NCBI GenBank assembly: GCA_048128005.1
Contig: JBEUKZ010000112.1
Location: 124,001 to 188,000, forward strand
Reading direction: 5' to 3'
Length of the DNA: 64,000 nt
Source of the DNA: Veleropilina oligotropha
Taxonomy: Eukaryota
Positions within the stretch are counted from its first letter, which is position 1, and each line of letters opens with the position of its first letter. Of this stretch, positions 1 to 64,000 are shown piece by piece. The notes beneath the pieces were generated by a model. The model saw nothing but the letters and a program-made list of their open reading frames with translations, ran no database searches and was not told the origin of the DNA. A program made the translations under genes and the position numbers.

Positions 1-632
1 AGAAAAATGTAGAATACAAAAAGTGGATTTTAGGAGTAGCCGTATTGACAGCGAATTTGTCATCATAAGTATTGATCCAATGAAGGATTTAATGTGTATC
101 GTTGATTCGGGGAAGTATTTGCAGCATAGATTGAGTTATAATGTACATGCCAGCCCCTCAAACTGCCTAGGATGAAGCACCTGTCTCCCGCTATACTTGG
201 ATGTATGTTCACTTCATTTCTTATGTTCTCAGAATATGTAAATTGTTCAAAAATAACTCTCTAAATCAAGTCTTTCAACCTCAAGATTGCAGGTGAACCA
301 TCTCACATATATAAATGACAATTGAGAAATAATAAACATTTTATTCCCTGTGAAAGTGGACCGTCGAGTCACGATGTGGCATCTCAAAAGCTTGGAACAT
401 ATATTAAGTCAATAGTATAAATAGCAGTGTCATTTATTGAAAATATGATATCTATAAACTGCATCGAAAATGTAATTAAATATTTACATTCATTACGGTT
501 AAGCACAACATGTTACATATATCACACAAAACTTTATTTTCAGATATTTGCTGTTTGGGTAAATCAAAGCAGCCTATAGCCGCTAAGCGATTCAATATTT
601 CAACACGAAATTCTACAATCTGGCTGTGACAG

Positions 633-56886
<56,254 letters not shown>

Positions 56887-57095
56887 CCAAAAGGAACTGC
56901 CAGATTGTTAATATACGGAACATTGTCTATCCTTCATGCAGGGAAAGTGGTTTTCAAACGGCTTTGTGAAAAAGTAGATGTTATGCTTAAATATAATTAA
57001 ACTTATTCTTATTCTTGGGATGCATCTATTAAATATTAAACTCATAATTATTCGACTCGTCCTGGTAACAGTGAAAACGTAGATTTTAACTAGAT

Positions 57096-58040
57096 TTAAT
57101 CCATTTTGACCTACTTTTCCATTGTATTAACTGTAGATTATTTTTCACGAATCCACTGCTACAAAATCATTGTGTCTGCTTGAAAGACCAATTAAACAAG
57201 CGTTATGTGCATTAATTCCATGCTATGGACGATTCCATTCCAGAAAATGAGGAAAGCATGTTTAACGCACTATATAATCCAAAGTGGTAGATTTATCTGC
57301 GGACGAGTCCATTCTAGTACACTTGGACACTGAAAAGAAAATATTAATTATTTTAACGCGTAGACAACATTTTTGCACTGACAACAAACTTCAAGCACAT
57401 TAAATTCGTTACCCAAATGAAGAAAATGTAATACACGTTTAACGTTCAGAAGAATTTGGCAATACTCCATATAATGCTGTTGTTCATATGAACGATGTTC
57501 CATTGCTTTACTTTGAAACGAACACCGAGAGCTATTTAAATATTATGTCACAGAAATGTCGTTAAAATACAACATATATTTGCAATATTATACTATACCT
57601 GATGCTCTCTGCAGAGGTAAATCCCACGTGTGCTCTGGTCAAATATCTGAAGCCAAGTGAGCGTGCTTTGAAATGTACATCATGACGACGCAAAAATATT
57701 TCGCCTTGCATGCCGGTATAATTGCACTTAACGAGCACATTAAACGTCTATTCATAACCATGATTAAGCGGCGCCTTCAACTAATTAGGAATGGGATCCG
57801 ACAGGAGTTTTGGGAGAGTAAACCCCAATTCGTACAAAATTTCTATCGTATTGCTTTTAAATTGGCAATTTCATGTATATAATAATGTTTAAAATATAAC
57901 AAATAGCTAATATTGTCAAAATGGATTAAATAAGTTAACCAACTTGGGACTGTTGATTCTTGAAAATTAATGCACTCGGGCCTGTCGGCCCTCGTGCATT
58001 ATTTTTCAAGAATCAACAGTCCCATGTTGGTTAACCTATA
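57096..58040 (+). mobile_element. Unclassified hairpin-terminated element (copy 2)
   Basis: IR ttaatccattttgac / gtcaaaatggattaa followed by hairpin 57931-58038. Confidence 0.8.
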
Positions 58041-58659
58041 CGTAACCGCTAGTCTACTTCCCCATTGTTCATATGTAGATTCTTAAATATTTATTATATT
58101 ATATTGTTACAGTAATATATTCTTGTTAATTTATATTTCTTAGTCTGTAATATACAGATGTGATAATTTATAAATGATATTAAATTGTTTGAAATTATTT
58201 ATTTACACATGATGAACAGATTTGCAATATATTATTTGCATTATAAAAGTTTACTGGGTATATAAATATCATAAAATGCTTGTCTTTCAGAAATTATGTA
58301 AATACATTGTATTATAAAAGATATATTATGTGTTTTAACTTTTGATAAATTATATTTTATTACGATTGTGTAATACATAATTATGAATTATATATGATAT
58401 CATTAATATTTGCACTGTTTAATACTGCTATCATCCGTCCCAGTGGCAGAGCGGGTTAATGAATTGCTCCAACTTCACTCATAGTGAATTGCACTCTCTT
58501 CACAGTGGTCTGTAACTGGCCCGGGTTGATATGGACGGGTCCTCATATGACCCTAAAAGGTGTTAAATGGAACATTATTTTGGGTTATCTTTTACATTTA
58601 ACTTTTATTAATGAATGTATAATTTTATTGTCTTCGTTTATGCACCCAGATATGTGACT

Positions 58660-58972
58660 TCACAGTGCTCGTTCATGACCATTGATGTCACAGTGCTCGT
58701 TCATGACTATTGATGTCACAGTGCTCGTTTGTGACCATCGATGTCACAGTGCTCGTTCGTGACCATTGATGTCACAGTGCTCATTCGTGACCATTGATAT
58801 CACAGTGCTCGTTCGTGACCATTGATGTCACTGCTCGTTCGTGACCATCGATGTCACAGTGCTCGTTCGTGACCATCAATGTCACAGTGCTTGTTCGTGA
58901 CCATTGATGTCACAGTGCTCGTTCGTGACCATTGATGTCACAGTGCTCGTTCGTGACCAATGATGTCACAGT
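58660..58972. repeat. 28-bp minisatellite x~11
   Basis: Unit gatgtcacagtgctcgttcgtgaccatt. Confidence 0.95.
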
Positions 58973-61497
58973 GATCTACTGTACATCATTATTCAATTTA
59001 TTGGTTGTGCCTGAAATGTTACACTTTTCATAATTGTAACGAATACATAGTAATATTGTAGGCAATGATTATTTACTTTTTTATGTCCATAATATATCAT
59101 TTTTAAATGCAGATTATATTTGTCTAACAATGCTTTATACTCAAAATAAAATAAATTCACTTGGAATGAATTTGAGCGTGTTCAGTTAGTTTAAGTTAAA
59201 AAAATTTAGTTTAAATTAGATTTTAAACTTACTAAATGAGCTGCAAAGTTATTTTAAAAATGAATTATTTACAGCGTCTACTATCCGTTTGCTAGTAGAA
59301 ACGAGTAGAAATGTGAGGACGACGCTCGCTGAGGAAGGCACTAACGTCATCGCTCATAATATTCATGAGTTGTGCTATAAATAGATGCAGAATTCCCAGT
59401 TCAGTCACGTGGTCCTTTCATTTCCGCTCAACTCTCCTTTGCAGAAACGTGATTTCGCTATTCTATATCGTTAGGAGTATACTTGCTATTTTCTAGTTTG
59501 AGAGCAGGGTGATGACTCCGGGTACATGGCTGTGCGAAGTATATTTGGGAAAGGTAACCGTAACTGATTAAATTTCTGTGGAAACCGATAATAAAGCATG
59601 CTATTGGATGTTTCCGTTATCTATGTAAGTAAAATATTCTACAGCTGAGGCACTTGTACAGTACTATACCGGAATCAGCCGAGTGATTTCCGTGAACGGT
59701 CCTGTAATGTTTTCATGTACAAGCACGATTTCTGCTCGGAAACCACACAGAAGAATTTCTGCAACAATTTTTATTTATGTCGCCTTGACCATTTCCTTAT
59801 ATTCATCGGCGACGTTGACGTCATTATTCTAATTTGAGGTCGCGAATCACAATTAAGGCCACATAAGGAAACAACCATATTTGGAAGCAACAGCACCTCA
59901 GTGACCTGGGGGTATTATCACGTGCGAAAATACCCCCTGTGAAAACATCTATTGTACGATTAAAGAGACGTATTTATACACTTTTTTCGAATTTGTACAA
60001 ACATAAAAACAAAAAGTTGGTGAAATATTTATATATAGGCTTACGAATACTTTTTAGATGTGCCATAACCTAATTTGATAGATACATCGCTAATTTATGC
60101 AATAAGCCGATAGTGGGAATAGCCATGCAAATACGGCCGGTTTACCGAAGCAGTAATTTCATTATTTCAATCGCAAGCTACAGGTATTTTTGAAACAATT
60201 ATAATTCATAATAGATATGGGATATTGCATGTAAAGGCAACAAATTCTACTACAGAAGTTGTTGCTGCTTGAAAAATAGGACGGACAAGTGGTGAAAAGA
60301 GGTTTTTAGGTAAACCTAGTATTAGTTAGAATATACTTACGTCATTACCTATGCCATAATAGCCCTATTATCGCTAAACAGGAAACTGTGAAAAAGCGTT
60401 TCACTTTCATTTAAACTTACACGCTTACCCCCCCTGCTCACCTCTCTCGCGTTCCTCCCACGAGATCTGCCCAAGTCTCGCGAGACCTCAGAGACCAAGA
60501 CAGATCTGGTATCCTTTTTAAGTCAGAGGAATCTGCAGTGTGCGTAGAGGAACTTAGCAAGAGGGGTTGGATGCGAATACCACGAGCAGGGTGGGTAGAC
60601 GTGTAATGACGTAAGTATATTCTAACTAATACTAGGTTTACCTAAAAACCTCTTATTAGTAGCAATATACTCTACGTCATTACCTATGCCAGAATAACTT
60701 TGGACGGTGGGCTAAGTTCTAACGAAATTAATACCCAAACAAGTTACTTACTTGTCACCATGGAGACAGCTAGTATCGCCGACTCGCGTCCGCTCAGGAT
60801 GGAATTACTGAGTATTACAATTCTACCCTTACCCCGACAGAATTTTGACCAATGAACCTGGGAAAAAACGCCAGAGGTGTTAGTCGGACAAGGTGACGCG
60901 AAAGTGCAATCAGCCCCAGGCAAGGCCGGAGGATAAATCCTGTAGGACTTAGATGTCATGGACCGAAGCAGCTTTTAGTAAACCCTGGGCGTCGAGGCCG
61001 GTAACCAAAAGATGCAGTCAACTTGCGACAAACATACAGTACCTGAAAAGGTTGTGAATGTAACCAGTTATGCAATAATTAATAGATATAAGTAATATAT
61101 ACACGTACATATTATATTCCATATTAATCATAAATTCGCTTGACCAAATAGCGAAATGCAAACATGTCCCCATGTTACTTAAAGAATATTTAAAGATGGA
61201 ATGATATTAAATTTTTCAATGTCGCAACACCGTAAGCTCATAACAGCAAATGAACTTCAATAATATCAAAATCTAAAAAACCCCTTTTAAGATTTAGCAT
61301 TATAAATGTCTACTTTCAATGTGAGTGGCATGTGTCATGTGAACTCAGATCTGACAATTTAGTCTCAGTCCATAAATAGCAATATTGGACTGCAGACAAC
61401 ACAAAGAAAACAACACTAATCGTTAGCAAGCTACACAATAGAGTTGCACATAATGCGGAGTGACTGTATAATTACAATTAATTGTTTACAATACCTG

Positions 61498-62580
61498 TCA
61501 CCGTGTATGTAACCTAGATGTCCTGGTAATGCAGTGTTGCGCCGCAACACATTGAATACTGGACAAACCATCCGCGCCAGTCGAGAAATCGCGTAAATAA
61601 TGTTTCACAAATACGTTCGGATTTCTCCAATACCCTGCTTGTAGCAGTGAGGTAATATTCAGACAATGTCTGAATGCCAGGCTCGTCGATATCGCTCTTG
61701 TTTCATGGGCACGGACCGCAATAAGGTTGCGGTCAGCTTCGTTGGAATTAGAGTAAATCTGCTGAACCGTCCGACATATCCATCTCGAGATAGTATTCTT
61801 CGATACATCGCGGGTGAAATTTGGCAAATACGAAATAAATAAGCGTTTTTTGCCACGACGGAAGTCACGTGTTCGGTCCAGATAGTAGCGAAGCGCGCGC
61901 ACCGGGCAGTTTAGTCGATCGATATCATTTCTACCGACAATAGAAAGCGTAGGAATAACGACTTCTGGAGCAATATCGCCTGGCCGCTGGTTTTTAGCAA
62001 TAAATCCTAATATAGGACGTAAAATGACCGATCCGTCAGACTGGAATCTAATATCACGGAGCTCTGCTGAGAAGCTGTGTATCTCAGAAACCCTTTTGCC
62101 CGACGCAAACGCAATTAGAAATACGGTTTTGTAAGTAAGGTTACGTATGGAAGCATTACGTAACGGCTCAAACGGGCTTTCTAGCAGAGCATTAAGTATA
62201 AGGATAATATTCCATGCTGGCGGCCGCGCCAGAGAAATCGGTCTTTCGAGTTCGTAGGACCTGATTAAATCAGAAATAGTACGGTCTGACGATAAGTCAA
62301 TTCGGGAACGACATTGTTTGAGTGTAGTCGAGATAGAGGCCCGATAACCTTTGACGGCCGAAACAGAAAGTCCTCGTTCGAATAACGACGTAATGAACTC
62401 GATAAATTTGTTCACAGGGGGACGGAGTATATTAACCTCCCGCCTGTGACACCAATCCACATATTTGACCCATCGGTAGTCATAGACTTTAGATGTAGAT
62501 TGTCTTCGCGATCGGTAAATGCGGAGGGCTGTAGCGCGAGAAAATCCTTTCTCAACAAGCGATCGTTCGATAACCGCCAT
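61498..62580 (-). CDS. DIRS tyrosine recombinase, intact, 360 aa
   Basis: KRVSEI, RAHETR, GYW, HYL catalytic motifs; start MAVIERS inferred. Confidence 0.9.
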   Translation of the reverse strand: MAVIERSLVEKGFSRATALRIYRSRRQSTSKVYDYRWVKYVDWCHRREVNILRPPVNKFIEFITSLFERGLSVSAVKGYRASISTTLKQCRSRIDLSSDRTISDLIRSYELERPISLARPPAWNIILILNALLESPFEPLRNASIRNLTYKTVFLIAFASGKRVSEIHSFSAELRDIRFQSDGSVILRPILGFIAKNQRPGDIAPEVVIPTLSIVGRNDIDRLNCPVRALRYYLDRTRDFRRGKKRLFISYLPNFTRDVSKNTISRWICRTVQQIYSNSNEADRNLIAVRAHETRAISTSLAFRHCLNITSLLQAGYWRNPNVFVKHYLRDFSTGADGLSSIQCVAAQHCITRTSRLHTR

Positions 62581-64000
62581 GCGTGTAAACGAAGTTCGTT
62601 TGGCGACGGGTGTAACACCCGTGAGCGTGGTTGCATTAGCAGGTCCGGCCTTTGCGGTAACGCAAGCGGTCGATCGACGATTAGATCGAGAAGAGTCGGA
62701 AACCAAGACTGCGTGCGATTGAGGGGCGCTATTAGCGTTATCTCGCAGCGGTCTCGCGCTGCCTTCTGTAGTACAAGTCGTAATATGGACGACGGGGGGA
62801 AGGCGTACGCGATCAGATTCTCCCATGTCATTGACAACGCGTCGACCGCAAGGGCGGCCGGGTCCGGGTACGGGGAGACATACAGAGGGAGTCGGTGATT
62901 GAACTCTGTTGCAAACAGATCGACTTGGGGTTGAGACCACCGGCGGCAAACCTCCCGAGCTACACGGCTGTGTAGTGTCCACTCTGTGTGTATAATCTGC
63001 GATTTCCGAGAGAGCGAGTCCGCTCGGACGTTCAATATTCCCGGGATGTGTCGTGCTCGTATCGTCGAGTTGAGGGACATCACTAAGCGGTGTAGGTTGA
63101 TTGCTCGGTCGCATAGGGGACGCGAGCGAGTGCCGCCCTGGTGTTGAACGTATGCGACGACAGTCGTGTTGTCCGTGGCGAGCAGTATGTGCTTGTTGCG
63201 GAGATGTGACGAGAAGGACCGTACTGTCAGGTAGACCGCTTCTAGTTCTAGATAGTTTATGTGTCGTCCCTGCAGGTCCGTCGGCCAAAGGCCCGATGTC
63301 TCGTGACTGTCGAGGTGACCTCCCCAGCCCTCGTTCGAAGCGTCCGTGTATAGGAAGGCGTTCGGTTCTGGCGGGGAAATGGGAACCGACTGGCTCGGCA
63401 AAGCAGGGTTCAGCCACACTGCTGTCGAGTGATTGAACCAATGCCGAAGATCTATACGATCCGTCCACTGTCCCGTCCGTTGCACCCAGCGGTCCCTGAA
63501 GGCCTGCTGTAACGGTCGTTTGTCCATTCGTCCTGTCGGTAGCAGGGGCGCTACCGACTCGATGTGCCCCAGGACAGTGGCCAGTTGTCGCGCCGTGGCT
63601 ATCCCCGATGACCTTGTGTCCTGGATAACTGCACGTAGGTTCACAATACGTTTGTCGGTCGGCTTCGCGGTGTACCGGACCGTGTCGAAGACGACTCCGA
63701 GGAACGTAAACGTCGTCGAGGGCACGAAGCAGGATTTCTCGTTGTTGATCTGTAATCCTAGGCGCTTCGCCGATGACAGGGTAACGCTCATAGACTGGAG
63801 GCACCGATCCCGGGACGCCCCGAGAATCAACCAGTCGTCGAGATACATGTGTACTCTGTGCCCTAGCGAGTGTAGGAAGGCCCCGAGGGCCTGTACTACC
63901 CGCGTGAAGACGTAGGGGGCTGACGATAGACCGAACGGTAGGCACCTGAAGTGGTAGATCGTCCCCCCGTGTATAAACCTGAGGTACTGATGAGCCGAGG
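62412..64000 (-). CDS. DIRS pol (RT C-terminus - RNase H - MTase), partial
   Basis: YLDD, YTDAS, DLFA, YAFPP; frame open to the window edge. Confidence 0.9.
   Translation of the reverse strand, partial: SAHQYLRFIHGGTIYHFRCLPFGLSSAPYVFTRVVQALGAFLHSLGHRVHMYLDDWLILGASRDRCLQSMSVTLSSAKRLGLQINNEKSCFVPSTTFTFLGVVFDTVRYTAKPTDKRIVNLRAVIQDTRSSGIATARQLATVLGHIESVAPLLPTGRMDKRPLQQAFRDRWVQRTGQWTDRIDLRHWFNHSTAVWLNPALPSQSVPISPPEPNAFLYTDASNEGWGGHLDSHETSGLWPTDLQGRHINYLELEAVYLTVRSFSSHLRNKHILLATDNTTVVAYVQHQGGTRSRPLCDRAINLHRLVMSLNSTIRARHIPGILNVRADSLSRKSQIIHTEWTLHSRVAREVCRRWSQPQVDLFATEFNHRLPLYVSPYPDPAALAVDALSMTWENLIAYAFPPSSILRLVLQKAARDRCEITLIAPLNRTQSWFPTLLDLIVDRPLALPQRPDLLMQPRSRVLHPSPNELRLHAWRLSNDRLLRKDFLALQPSAFTDREDNLHLKSMTTDGSNMWIGVTGGRLIYSVPL

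Larger units (their letters stand above)
60297..64000 (-). mobile_element. Second DIRS1-type copy (3' half; runs off the window)
   Basis: Right ITR and ICR at 60297-60690; closely similar to copy 1. Confidence 0.95.

Noticed and set aside
58660..58972. CRISPR-like 28-bp repeats
   Set aside because: Head-to-tail units with no unique spacers, no cas genes and a eukaryotic context; this is a minisatellite.

Overview
AT-rich eukaryotic (invertebrate, probably lophotrochozoan-type) genomic DNA. One + strand host gene spans 633-56886. I assembled it by hand into 22 coding exons with consistent phases (3825 nt, 1274 aa); it encodes an N-terminal VWA (MIDAS) domain protein and has one GC-AG intron. 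Its introns hold two decayed Harbinger transposons, tRNA-derived SINEs, MITEs, Helitron/Helentron-type elements with satellites, LINE 3' fragments and a Penelope remnant with a hammerhead ribozyme. The 23.9-kb intron 15 contains a full-length but defective DIRS1-type retrotransposon (21027-28465). It also contains the main novelty: a ~12-kb GC-rich, gene-dense segment (29052-41190) that looks like an endogenised large dsDNA virus. That segment has a PARG C-terminus, a multi-TM protein, RING/Zn-finger genes, orphan ORFs, a divergent pair of spliced genes and two unrelated tandem arrays sharing a 194-bp period. No viral hallmark gene is present, so the family is unassigned. A second DIRS copy with an intact recombinase starts at ~60297 on the - strand and runs off the window.
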